Below, piece after piece: positions 11,394-28,932 of a stretch of DNA of 64,000 nucleotides. The translations under genes and the position numbers were made by a program. The stretch covers positions 45,322,001 through 45,386,000 of the forward strand of contig OZ231126.1 in the NCBI GenBank assembly GCA_965153355.1. The letters are read 5' to 3'. The DNA is from Flaccisagitta enflata. Taxonomy: Eukaryota. Position 1 is the first letter of the stretch. Each line of letters opens with the position of its first letter. Below the pieces are notes generated by a model. It saw only the letters and a list, made by a program, of their open reading frames with translations, did no database searches and was not told where the DNA came from.

Positions 11394-12184
11394 TGCTAAA
11401 GGGAGGCAAAGATCGTTAGTACTTGCTCCTGTAGGAAGAAAGGTTAGTATATTGATCTGAGAGAAATTGTCCGTATGTGTGTCCGGGTATTTGTAATTGT
11501 ACGCGTTGAAAAATCCGCCCTCTGAAAAAAAATTTATGAGACGTATCGCGTTTTCTGGAAAGGAAATATTATTAGCGCATTCGTACGAAGATTCTCAGAT
11601 TACTATCAGCGTCCCGTACATCGAGGTTTTCCAATCAATGAGCGTTTATGTTGAACCTGTGCGGAAAGACTCAAAGAAGAGGCGATACGAAATTGTTCAT
11701 ATGTCAATCAATTAAGCATCATAAATCCTGTTTCTGCACTCTGCTCTCTTTTTTTTTCGATTTTCAATGATCAATCAACCTGTCTGTCAACTCCTCAGTC
11801 AATCAATCGACCTATATATGATCTGAAGAGTGAAGCAATGACGGGCTTCGAACCGTAGACGTTTTTTCCGAGATGTAGTGATTTCGTTTCGATGCCTTTT
11901 GATGATTTCTTTTTTCTCCTTCGTTGGCGCGATGTCGATGACGATGATGCGACTCGGTAACGATGATGACGATAAGGAAGAATCGATGGTGGAGGTGCGA
12001 ATTATTTGTTGCTACGTGATCGTACTTGTTCCGTTCGATTCCCGATGCTGACTATCTGATTGAGTCTCAAATACAAATGCTCGATGAGAATAATATTTAC
12101 CCGGGTGGGAGGGTGGGAGAACGAGGGTTAAGGGACCGATCAATGTGCAAGAAAAAAAATGAGACAATACTCACGCTTGCGTAG

Positions 12185-12195
12185 AGAGTTCTTAG
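12185..12195 (-). other. Atypical primer-binding site candidate (CTAAGAACTCT on minus), complementary to LTR 12541-12551
   Basis: Lies 5 nt from the 5' LTR, has no TGG start, and forms a perfect 11-bp inverted repeat with an LTR-internal sequence. Confidence 0.6.
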
Positions 12196-12200
12196 ATTAC

Positions 12201-12750
12201 TGTCAAATGGTCATTACGCGTCCGGATAACTGGACAGAGCCCCAGCGAGAGAGGAAGAAAGACTCGACCAGATATATGGATATATAAGGACGTGTAATCT
12301 GAACAGAGAATATAAAACGATGATGAGATATACGCAAATAATAATGAACCCGAACCCAACTGCCCCAGCCCCTTTCTCTGCCCCCGCCGTCTCCTCTTCC
12401 TCCTCTTCTTCGTCCCGTCTCCCCAACGTCGCCGTCCCGTCTCCTCCTCCTCCTCCTTCTCCTTCTCCCCTTCCTCCTCCTACTTCTCCCGTCCCGTCCG
12501 TTAATAATGACCAATCAGTAGTAATACTAATAATAATTACCTAAGAACTCTTTCGCAGTTATTGGGGATATCCAAGTTATCGGAGAAAATAATATTGTTG
12601 AAGGTCTTGTTTGTGGAAAGAAGAAGGAATGTCGCTATGAAAGAGAAATAGGATATGAGGCTGATCTACCATCATGTTTTGATGGTCGATCAGTCTCGCG
12701 TCAATTCTCTTTCATCGCTTCGCTTCTTGGGGGGGCTCATGTTATTGACA
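12201..12750 (-). repeat. 5' LTR (550 bp)
   Basis: Direct repeat of 1188-1737, followed by TSD GTATC. Confidence 0.95.
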
Positions 12751-13005
12751 GTATCCATTATCCCGTCGATTTTGCGATTTTTCTCCTATTTTATTACTTT
12801 TTTATCTTTATAAATGTCGTTTTGACGTTTTGACATGAAATTTAGACCTATACTTGATTTCAACTCAGCCTTTCCTCTCAACTCAATTCAGTCATTTATG
12901 GTAAAGACTTTATTGAGTCGCTTTCTTTCGTCACACTCAGTCTGGGTCAGGATTACCTCGTGGGGTTCATACACTAGACTCAACTAGAATGAACTGAACT
13001 ATATC

Positions 13006-14390
13006 TTTTTTTGGGCAGCGGCCCCGAAGGGGACAAAGTCCTGTAGAACACAGGGGCTTTCATTCGTCCGTCCGTTTGTTCGTCCGTCCGTGCGTCCCCC
13101 CCCATCAGGCTCCTTAGGCCTCAAATCTGGCCTCTGAGACCTCAAATCTGGCCTCTCAGACTCCAAATCTGGCCTCTCAGGCCTCAAATCAAGCCTCTCA
13201 GGCCTCAAATACAGCCTCTCAGGCCTCAAATCAAGCCTCTCAGGCCTCAAATACAGCCTTTCAGGCCTAAAATCCAACCTCTCAGGCCTCAAACCTGGCC
13301 TCTCAGTCCTCAAATTAGGCTTTTTGGGCAGCGGCCCCGAAGGGGACAAAGTCCTGTAGAACACAGGGGGACTTTTGTTCGTCCGTCCGTCCATTCGTCC
13401 CCCCCATCAGGATCCTCAGGCCTCAAATCTGGCCTCTGAGACCTCAAAATTGGCCTCTCAGACCCCCAATCTGGCCTCTCAGGCCTCAAATCTGGCCTCT
13501 CAAGCCTCAAATCCAACCTCTCAGGCCTAAAACCAGGCCTCTCAGGCCTAAAATTAGGCTTCTTAGGCCTCAAAACCAAATCCTCAGGCCTCAAACCTGG
13601 CCTCTCAGGCCTCAAACCTGGCTTCTCAGGCCTCAAATCAGCTATCTAAGCCTCAGTTCATTGCTCTCAGGCTTCAAATCAGTCCTCTTACCTTTCAAGC
13701 CCTAATCCAGCTCTCTTAAGCCTCAAGTCAGCCCCCCCAAGCTTCCGATTGACATTCTAAGGCCTTTCATCAGCCTTCTTAGACCTCAGTTTACGCTCTT
13801 GAAGCCCTCTATCGCATCTCATCCACTTCTTCAGGCAGGACGAATGAAAGTCCCCCTGTGTTCTACAGGACTTCGTCCCCTTCAGGGCCGCTGCCCTGCT
13901 TCCCCTCACTCCAGTTCACAATCACTCAAAGCAGGGCAACAGGTATAGCTGACCACATATTGCCCTCGGGCGACCTGTTAGGCCTCAAATCCAAATCCTC
14001 AGGCCTCAGACCTGGCCTCACAGGCCTCAAACTTGGCCCCTCAGGCCTCAAATCAGCTATCTAAGCCTCAATTTATTGCTCTCAGGCTTCAAATCAGTCC
14101 TCTTACCTTTCAAGTCTTAATCCAGCTCTCTTACGCCTCAAGTCAGCCCTCCCATCTTCCAATTGGCAGCAGCCTTCTTAGACCTCAGTTAAGGCTCTAG
14201 AAGGCCTTCAGTCAGCCCTCTATCTTATCTCATCCACTTCTGCAGGCAGGACGAACTAAAGTCCCCCTGTGTTCTACAGGACTTCGTCCCCTTTGGGGCC
14301 GCTGCCCAGCTTCCCCTCACTTTAATTCACAATCACTCAAAGCAGGGCAAAGGGTATCGCTGACCACATATTGCCCTTGGGCGACCTGTT
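13006..14390 (+). mobile_element. Two nested copies of a Helentron/HINE-like non-autonomous element (family A) with a 21-bp minisatellite
   Basis: 5' ends TTTTGGGCAGCGGCCCCGAAGGGGAC at ~13010 and ~13321. Inverted subterminal copies at ~13847 and ~14258. 3' stem-loop ends GGGCGACCTGTT at 13979 and 14390. T-rich insertion sites, no TSD. Confidence 0.65.
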
Positions 14391-15184
14391 TTGTCCTATT
14401 TTTTTCAAGTATTGCTATGGTGAGTAAAGCCTACTGTAACATGTTCCATGGGCCCTTTTATCCACTGTCTTATCTCTAAAATCTTGAGGTGACTAATTCA
14501 AATATTATTTCCAGATACTCCTCCTTTAGACTCCTTCACATTTAATAACCATCTTGGAAATAAGTGTGCCCAATTTACATTAAAGAATAATTATCCGAAA
14601 GAATTTAGGTGAGCGCTAATCCTAAAAATTAAACTACTAAGTAGAACTGAGTCAGTACCCACCCTAGCGTGGTCACATTTGAAAAGGTTTGAATAAATCT
14701 TTAGAATGGGACCAATCTGGTTTTTGCTGATTAATTTATTTAGAGGTGATTTCGTTCCAAAGTTGATACTTTTTTTCAGGTGAAGGTATCCTTTTTTCCT
14801 AGATGACACTTTATAACTTCTTCCTTTGACATTCTCTCGTTATTTCTCTCCCTCTTATTTCCCCTAAAGAGGTAAGGATTTTTCTTTTCTTTCTCTTTCT
14901 TAGCTTTTGTTCTCCTTCGAATTTTCCATTTTTGTGCGTCTTTAACCTGCGGCTTGAAGCTTTTCGCTTCTCCTCCTTTCGCCCGCCTCTATCATTAGTC
15001 TGTGCCAGGAGCAAACATTCTCTCTCTGTGACTATGTCTCTCATTGTCTCTATCTCTGTCATTGTCTGTTTCAGTTTGTCTCTGTCTCACTTTATTTTTC
15101 TTTGTTTCTCTATCCTTCAGTCAATCTGTCTGTGTCTTCCTGTGTCTGTATCTCTCGCTGTCTCTGTGTGTGTGCGTGTGTGTG

Positions 15185-15276
<92 letters not shown>

Positions 15277-15280
15277 TGTG

Positions 15281-15324
<44 letters not shown>

Positions 15325-15573
15325 GCACCTGCTGCATCGGTCTGCGTCGCAAGCAGCCACAGCACCCGGTGAAGCCGAACAGCCGCACCTTCCAAAGAAC
15401 ATTAGTTTGTAAAACTTTCCATTTTTCTACCTCAATTTTGAGGATCACCTAAAATGAACGCGGCCGCCGCCACCGACGCTACCGCCTCCTACCACCGCCA
15501 CCAACCGTTAGCGTTGGCAACGAGGGGAGGCAGGGAAACCTGCCAACCAAAATATGCTTTATGATAGAGTGAC

Positions 15574-15657
<84 letters not shown>

Positions 15658-16869
15658 GATTTCTATGGCCATCTGTACCTCACTTTCAAATTTCTGTCCT
15701 GCTTTACAAACGGAAGGTTAGGCACAGCACAGCCTTTTTTGTAATCATCATCAAGCACAAGTTTTGAGACCTGGACATTTTAAGATCACAGTGTCTGTTC
15801 AACTGGTAAAACTGTCAATATAAAAATGGAATTCTTCAGTATGGGTATAGATGAACACAATCAACTAGTTTAACGTGTGATAGAATGAATGGCACCTGTC
15901 AGCTGTCAAAGGAGATGTGCCAAAGAAAGTTCTATAACTTCCCCATACCTGGCATGAAGAGAGTCGTCGTTGTGTCTTCATGCCAACTCATGAATTTGAG
16001 AGAAAATTTTTTTTTCCTATCTGAGTTTTGGAAGGTTTTTTGAAAATCGTATTTTTTCTACCTATTTGAACTTTCTTTTAAGTTGCGGACACGCAACTCT
16101 ATAAGAGGCTTTGTCCGTCCGTCCGTCGGTCCGTCCGTCCGTTGGTCCATAATGATCGAGTCGAAAAGTGTGAAAACGCGCATTTCCGCCCCTGCCCAAC
16201 TGGTGGCCGTGTATCCGGCCTTGTTACTTACTATCTATAATTCTTTCTACACATTGCCACTTATCGTTTTATTTCTTTTCTTTTCTTTGATCATTTTTTT
16301 TTTTTTTTGCTTTTCTTTTCTTATTATTTCTTTTCTTTTCTTTTTTTTCTTTTCTTTTCTTTTCTTTTCTTTTCTTTTCTTTTCTTTTCTTTTCTTTTCT
16401 TTTCTTTTTCTTTTTCTCCCACGTCATCGGTGCTCAGAGTTTAATTCAATTGTGCAAAGGGTGATTTGTCACACCTGAAGGGAAAACGCGTCGCGTCGAG
16501 AGAGATGGAAATGGCAAATGTAGGTAGTGGAATACACGATGGCTCTGTTTGAGATGGACAGAAGAAAGGGTACTAGTCAACGTGACGAGAGAACCTTCCG
16601 CCCCAATCAGAACCCTCTGTAGACGTCGTTTTCTTTGAAATTTGGGGTAGTTTTGATACTGAGATGAAACAAGGTCTGAAACACGGCTACCCAAGTCGCG
16701 TTTGGGTGGTCAGAGAGGAAAAAAAAAAGGTTGACCAAGCTGTGGCAGAGGCAGTAATGCAAAGAGCGCCCGTAAACGCTGAAAAAGCTAAGTGATGCCG
16801 ACAGACCAAGAGACGGACCGACCGACCCACTGACAGACATAGCGGTCTGAATCTAAGAAAGGTAGTCCC

Positions 16870-17541
16870 CCCTATGCTTTCACACAGGAGAAATTTCTCC
16901 TCCTCCTTCTCCTTCTCCTTCTCCTTACCCCCCCCCCCCCACCCCCCGCCTCAAGGCTCAAATCCTGGCCTCGAGGCACAAATCCTAGCCTCGAGGCTCA
17001 AATCCCAGCCTCGAGGCTCAAATCCCTGCCTCAAGGCTCAAATCCCAGCCTAGAGGATCAAATCCTAGCCTCAAGGCTCAAATCCCTGCCTCAAAGCTCA
17101 AATCTCTGCCTCAAAGCTCAAATCCCAGCCTCAAAGCTCAAATCCCGGCCTCAAAGCTCAAATCCCAGCCTCAAAGCTCAAATCCCAGGCTCGAAACTCA
17201 AATCCCAGGCTCGAAACTCAAATCCAAGCCTCAAGGCTCAAATCCAAGCCTCCAGGCTCCAATCCTAGTCTCAAGGCCCAAATCCTAGTCCTGAGGCCCA
17301 AATCCTAGTCTCGTGGCTCAAATCCCAGCCTCAAAGCTCAAATCCGAGCCATGAAGCTCAAATCCCAGCCTTGAGGCTTAAAACCAAGCCTCCAGGCTCA
17401 AATCACAGCCTTGGGACTCAAATAAAACCAGCATAGGTCATCGGCCCCTTCGGGGCCGCTGCCCCACTAACCACCTCACACCCACATACACTCACATAGG
17501 GGCAACGGGTACCGCTGATGATCTAACGCTTTTGCGACTAT
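16870..17541 (+). mobile_element. HINE-like family A variant, 5'-truncated, with 20-bp GGCTCAAATCCCAGCCTCAA minisatellite
   Basis: Reverse-complement homolog of 33537-34377. 3' subTIR ...GGGGCCGCTGCCC and end ...GCGACTATT. Confidence 0.6.
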
Positions 17542-18095
17542 TCTGCTCATTGTACGTAGTGAAATAAATTCAAACGACCCGGGTATGGGCATCGTGAGTT
17601 CCTCCCAGAGGGTCACACCAAAAAAAGATGGTCGGTGAGAAAAGGTCCAAAAGCAGAGGTCAAAAAAAAAGAAAAAAAAAAAGGATCGAGCTTCAGAGGT
17701 CAAGGACGGATAAAAGAAAGAGAAAAAAGCCCCACAAAAATGCGATTAGGGAAATGACTTGATAATCGGCCCTCGACGGGACTTTGTTGAGGTGAAAATT
17801 AGATTCATTTTTACGCTTATGACTTTTCTCTTTCAACCTTGTTAAGACCTGAATATTTGATCTCCACTCTTTTTGCCTTCAAAGTGAGTGTTTTGACTCC
17901 TTAAACGGTAATGTAATGCAACGATAGGCTCGTGGACCATTCTACATTGGCGTATTGGGTGTATTGTTTTCCCTTTTCGAAATCATTGTGATGTCACGCT
18001 GAGAGGGGAATGCCAAGTTTTACCTAATTGGCAGTTTCAGTATTCTTATTTTGATTATGGACATGGAAGCTGAGAATAATGCAGAATGTCATCTA

Positions 18096-19943
18096 CACTC
18101 CTTTTTTTTTTATAAGAACGTCATTATTTGGGCAAGCCTTCAATGTTCTTAAATTTTGAGCAGTTTCAAGGCTTAAACGTTCTTAAATTGTTCTTAATCT
18201 AAACGCACTTTTTAACCTTCAATCAAGAACGTTCTTAATTAGTTTAAGTTTGTCATTAAGGAGAAAATGAAAAAAACTGTTAATGAAACAACAAAGCAGT
18301 AGGTTTAAACATTTTAAGGGAATTAAAATCAATGAAAGTAGTAGAAAGATACACAGTCAGTGGACAAAACAAAATAGGTAGAGAGCTCACTCTGTTGGCT
18401 TTGATCCAACCTACTGTCATCAAACAGCAGGCTGTAAACAACAATTGGTTGTAAAAATTACAGCCGGCTGTCATGCTACAAAGTCGGCAAAAATCCAACT
18501 TCCATAGAATGAGACCTGCAAATTCATAATCCTGGTGAAATTCTGACAAGTTTGATATGTCACATTATATACTTTTACATGAATATTAAGATTTTTTATC
18601 AATGTTTAATAAAGTTATAATCGGGAAAAAAGTCGAAGTCAGTCTTCAACTTTTTGACATATTCGAGAGAAACAGGGTTTTCATTTTCTTATGGGAAAGT
18701 TGAGGGTCTCGACCGACCGATTGGTCCTTCAAATAAAATTGACAGGGTAACTTAATTCAATAATTGTCTTTCATATGGCGCCAAGCAGAATGCTCTACGA
18801 CAAATATTTTTTGCGTTATGATTTTTTAAAGATTTATTTACGAAAAATTCAAATTGAATTTTTTTCGATTTTTTATGATTTTAAGTAGGATCAATAAAGG
18901 AGTGTATTTATGTTTGTTTGAGCATGCAAATACAAGAAAACATGTTTATGAGCATAGCTGCTCATCTGTTAGGGTGTTTTGGAGGATTCTAGCTCATTTA
19001 GCTCATTTAACTCAGTTTTTTTCAAATTTTAGATTTTAAATGTGATAAATGAATAAATATTTTGATACATGTTTAAACAAGCATATACAAAAAAGCATAT
19101 TACTGAGCATAACTGCTCATCTGTGAGGGTGTTTTTAAGCATTCTAGCTCACTTAGCTCATTTAGCTCAGTTTTTTTTTAATGGGATAAATAAATGTTTT
19201 GATGTGAGCATGTAAATACAGGAAAGCATATCAGTGAGCACTGGTTGTCTGGTTGAGTGATTTTAAGCATTTAAGCTCATCTAGCTCATTTGGTTCAGTC
19301 CTATTTTTCTCTGATTTCCAGTGCAATCAATACATACAATTGTTCTAATAGAAAAAAAAAAGTTGCAATGACTGAAGACAAAAGCTTGGTGAAAAGTGAC
19401 CAATGCTTACGACTTTTTTCCTCACGGTGACAGCAGCCATTACTGGTATAATATTAAACGATTATTTCTTATAAAAAATGTTAAGTGTGACATGTCAAAC
19501 TTCTCAGAATTTCATCAGGATTATGAATATGCCAGACACATTCTATTCTATTTAGGTTGGATTTTTGCCGACTTTGTATGATGACAGCCGGCTGTAATTT
19601 TTACAACCAGTTGTTGTTTACAGCCTGCTGTTTGATAACAGTAGGTTGGATCAAAGCCAACAGAGTGAGCTCTCTACCTATTTTGTTTTGTCCACTGACT
19701 GTACATGCTACATAAATTGAGACATAATTTGCTGAACAGAAAAGATAGTCTGTCCATTTACAAAGAATAATTGATTAAAAGAAAGCCCAGAAAAAAAAAT
19801 GTTTTACATTTTTAAGATTTTTAGCCTAATGTTCTTAAATTTGCGAAAAATGAAGCCTTCCAATGTTCTTAGCATGTTCTAAAATTTTTGACGATTTCAA
19901 GCCTAACGTTCTTATAAACTTGGTTCTTATAAAAACAAAAGTG
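18096..19943. mobile_element. Non-autonomous TA-flanked DNA transposon (Tc1/mariner-type) hosting a nested element
   Basis: TA|CACT-T(n)-ATAAGAAC ... GTTCTTAT-A(n)-AGTG|TA termini, with repeated GTTCTTAA subterminal motifs at both ends. Confidence 0.6.
18354..19701. mobile_element. Tc1-like non-autonomous element with long (~290 bp) TIRs
   Basis: CAGTCAGTGGACAAAAC... and its reverse complement ending at 19701, followed by TA. The first ~150 bp are near-perfectly inverted. Confidence 0.8.
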
Positions 19944-20429
19944 TACCGCCTCATTCATTGAAGTTGCGAGACAGCATCCAATGTGCACGGTAACGCCTTT
20001 TTTTTTAGCTATCCACCATTGCCTAGTGCATACCCAACCAAATCCCGTCCATACCTGAGCCCCCCTCCCTAACATTCGAGTTACGTACGTAGAAACGCAG
20101 CTGTGGGGTCACAAAAGCGCGAAAAATGAAGAAAAGTGTGGCGTGGAACGGTTTGCTTTAAAGACGCATCACATCTTTGTCGTAATCCAATTGCCCGACC
20201 GCGGTTCAGACGACAACCACTTTAGCCCACCTTCACTCTATTTTGTCACTTTACGGCTTTCTTTCTATCTTTCTCGCTATCAGTTTCCGAGTCTCACTAT
20301 TTTCTTTTCTCTGTTCCTTTCTCTGTGCGCGTGTCTTTTTTTTTCATTCTTTGGATTTTGACTGTTCCTGTTTTCACCCTGAATTTGACCCTCGGTTTAT
20401 CTGTTTGATAGGCTAACTGATTCTTTTTT

Positions 20430-25545
<5,116 letters not shown>

Positions 25546-26966
25546 AAAAGAAATATGTTTCAAAGATAAAATATTTTTGTCGATATCCGAAATGAAGGGG
25601 GACTGAATACTTTCCTTTTCATACACAACCTCACCTCTGATTTAGGTGAATTCATCTCTCAATTTTGTTTCCTTCGTCACGCAACAAGAGAAGAAACGAG
25701 GACAAACATATCTTCGGGCAATTCATGTGAAAAAAGGAAAAGATTAAAAAAAGACCAAGGCCAACAATGATGTTGCGCATGTTGCATGTGGACCTTTCGG
25801 TCTTTGGTGACCGAACTGACGGACTGATCGGTGAAATGTTTCTCCTGCTCGTGGTGCATGGGCGCAGTCACGGATTCAAGAGTGCGCATTTTTCTAGATG
25901 GCAAGCAAGTAACGCCGTGTTACAATATCGTCGCGGACGGGTCACTCTTTCCTTTTTCTTAAGAAATCACGTAACGGGATCGTTTAAACGTCTTTTTTTC
26001 GTATCGCCATTTTCTATTGCCAATTCAGCCGAACGCTCAATTTAGTCAGTGAATCTTTGCACAAATTTTACAACGAAAGTTCTTGCAAGAGGGTCGCGTC
26101 ATAACGCTGTTGTAGTAGGGAGCCTAAGACAAACGGAGTGTGCCTGAGACAGACTGAGTGTGCCTTAGACAAACCAAGTGTGTATGAGACAAACCGAGTG
26201 TGCCTGAGACAAACCAAGTGCGCCTTAGAGAAAGCAAACTGAACAAGCTTGGGACAAACCATGCGTGCTTGGACGGAACTGAGCGTTTGACACAAACCCA
26301 AGTGTCTAACGGAGTATGACATGAGATTAATGTACATCTGACAAACTCATAATTTCTTTCGGACAACACGAGCGCTAGTTTAACAGGTTCCGAGCTACCA
26401 GCGGCGTAGGAGACCTGGATTTTTTGGGACTTCCACCCTCCAACTAGTGTCCGACAAATTTGGTGTCCCAACAGAAAAATGACATAGTTTTTGCTTTAAA
26501 ATAACAAGAAATAGTTATTACTATGATACTCTTGTTTTGTTTGAGATCTTAGATAAGTGGGATTGAGCCTAATTACACCTGGTAAGGGAGAACATAATTT
26601 TTTTTTTACTTTTAGCTACTCCACAGCTTGATATCTGTTTTTTTTTTTACCCAATTCGCTCCCCTACATCCCTCTTTTTAGGCAATTAAAGCCTGAATTT
26701 TGATTGCTTTATAAATTGCATTTTTATCTTTAGACCTTTTATGATAATTGTTGCATTGACTGAAATATGTAAAAAAGAAGATTGGTTCTTGCACCTTTGA
26801 TTTTGACTGAAGAAGTACAGGTAATCAGAATTTTGAGAATGCAAATACATAACCTTGGTGAGTATTTCATGACATGTCAATTTCTACCATACATGCAAAT
26901 ATTTTATTCAGTATGTCTTCTTTTTTACCTTCTTTCTTTCCACTTTTTTCTGTCTGTCTCAGTCTA

Positions 26967-27277
26967 CAGTCAGTGGACAAAACACTATAGGTATATATAT
27001 CATACCACTGGCTCCGATCCAACATACTGCTCAAAAACAAAATATTGTATGCGACAATCAGTTGCTCAAGTTACAGCCGGCTGTAACAAACCTAATGTTG
27101 TATTCAACAATGGGTTGTTTGAATTACAGCCGGCTGTAATGCTACAATTTTGTAATATTACAGCCGGGTGTTATGTAAACCAATGGTTGTTGCATACAAT
27201 ATTTTGTTTACTATCAGCATGTTGGATCAAAACCAACGGTATGATATATATACCTATTATGTTTTGTCCGCTGACTG
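26967..27277. mobile_element. Short palindromic MITE of the same CAGTCAGTGGACAAAAC family
   Basis: TA|CAGTCAGTGGACAAAAC...GTTTTGTCCGCTGACTG. Shares the internal CAGCCGGCTG motifs with 18354-19701. Confidence 0.75.
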
Positions 27278-27799
27278 TCTATCTGTCTGTTTGTCTGTAT
27301 TTCTTTTTTTTTTATTTTTCTTTTCTTTTTCTTCTTTTCTTCCTTGGTGTCCCGACAACTTTGGTGTCCCGACAACAGGGACTTCCATGGAAGTCCCGGA
27401 AGTCCCTCCTCCTACGCCGCTGCGAGCTACTAACTCAACCTATTTTACCAATAAAGGCGGCTATCGCCGACCGGAAAAAAGTCATAAATGGGAGATTTTT
27501 AGTTGCGTGCACGTGAATCTACACCCCGCGTTGTCCGTCGGTTGTTTGGTCGGTCGGTCCGTTGGTTGGTTGGTCACACTTTACTTTTTTATCAATTTTA
27601 TTTCTTAAGGTCATTTAAGGTCATATAAGAGTATACTAAATCATTCTAAGTCATTCTAAATGTAAGTCTCGCACGCGACTTATAGGTGTTGGCCTTGTTT
27701 AAGTACATGCTCTTCTGTGTATGCATCTTATGCTGTTTGGTTGACTACCTGTTTCTTGTTTTTCAATCTGTCTCTTTTTCCTCTCTGTCTCCCTCTGTC

Positions 27800-27877
<78 letters not shown>

Positions 27878-28132
27878 ATTTTGTAACATGTTGTCTTTCT
27901 TAATTAGAATAAATGTTGTTTTAATTAGATTAAATGTTGTCTCTTTAAATTAGAATTAAAAAAAAATAATAATTATTGCGCAAATGTGAAAAAAAAATAG
28001 AAAAAGATTTGAAATCAAAATGTCAAAAGTATTGATCACACAGACCTCCAGTTGGCGTCATTTGAAAGAAAAAAATTAGCTCTTTCTTAGCTATGAATAT
28101 CAAAAAATGCATAATTGCCCCAAAACAAAAAT

Positions 28133-28318
28133 AAACAAGGCCGGATACACGGCAATCCAGTCGCGTATGGTTGTGCAGGAGCAGTAATGCGAAAACCGCT
28201 CGCAATTTTAGAAATATTTGTGACGGCAGACGGACGGACGGACAGACGGACGGATGGATGGACGGACGGACAGACCGACCGACACGGCAAGGTGGAGTCG
28301 CGTGTCCGCGACTAAAAA
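28133..28318 (-). mobile_element. Short DINE-1/HINE-like element (family B), representative copy
   Basis: Terminal hairpin AGTCGCG..CGCGACT, (GTCC)n tract, other end GTATCCGGCCTTGTT. Related copies at ~16077-16225, 22641-22785, 27497-27699, 33381-33526, 35887-36030 and 58691-58888; partial copies at 16665, 21140, 39255 and 48705. Confidence 0.6.
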
Positions 28319-28932
28319 CTTTATTTATCTCCTATGTTTCCAAAAAGTCAAATTACCTAATTCGACTTTTTTTCCAACAAAAATACAAAAATATTGTTCC
28401 AAACCGGGGGGAAGGGGGAAGAAGTCAAAGTTCATGGAATAATCTGTGGACTCATTTAGGCCATTTCAGAATTCAGTGTACTAGCGCCTTTTCATCACCT
28501 GATATAACAACATTTTGGATTTAACAGGTTTCTTTTGTCCCAAATTTTCACAGGCTTTTGTACACCTGATTTTAACTGATTCGACAACACCTGATTCAAA
28601 GTCACTTTTCCCAGCCTTGTCTATTTTCCCACCACCAAATAAATTTTTAACTGAACTGACAATGAAAAAAATCAAAAACCAGGAGGGGGGAGGGAGAAAT
28701 CAAAGTCGTGCAATTATAGACATCCCTTAAATTTTCTGAAATATACGCAATTTGGCCCTTTATGATTTGTTTTGACCGTGCGTGATTTGTTTTGGCCGCT
28801 TGTGACACTTTACAGCCGCATGTGACTCATTACTGCCACGCAGGACGCATTGTGGTCAGGGGAGATATATTTCGGCCACAGAGGAATCATTCTGACCGCG
28901 CTTTAGCGTTAAAGTCGCGCAAAATGCATTAT

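Larger units (their letters stand above)
1188..12750 (-). mobile_element. LTR retrotransposon, BEL/Pao-like, gag-only (non-autonomous), full length with both LTRs
   Basis: Two 550-bp direct repeats with TGTCAA...TTGACA ends. 5-bp TSD GTATC at 1183-1187 and 12751-12755. PPT next to the left LTR. Minus-strand gag ORF with a DUF1759-like domain. No RT/RH/IN ORF. Confidence 0.93.

Noticed and set aside
11497-11715. 72-aa antisense ORF in the retroelement leader
   Set aside because: Starts at TTG right after a stop and has no recognisable motif. Cannot be supported without homologs.
26782-27516. 244-aa ORF
   Set aside because: Runs through a MITE and T-rich sequence with no protein-like features.
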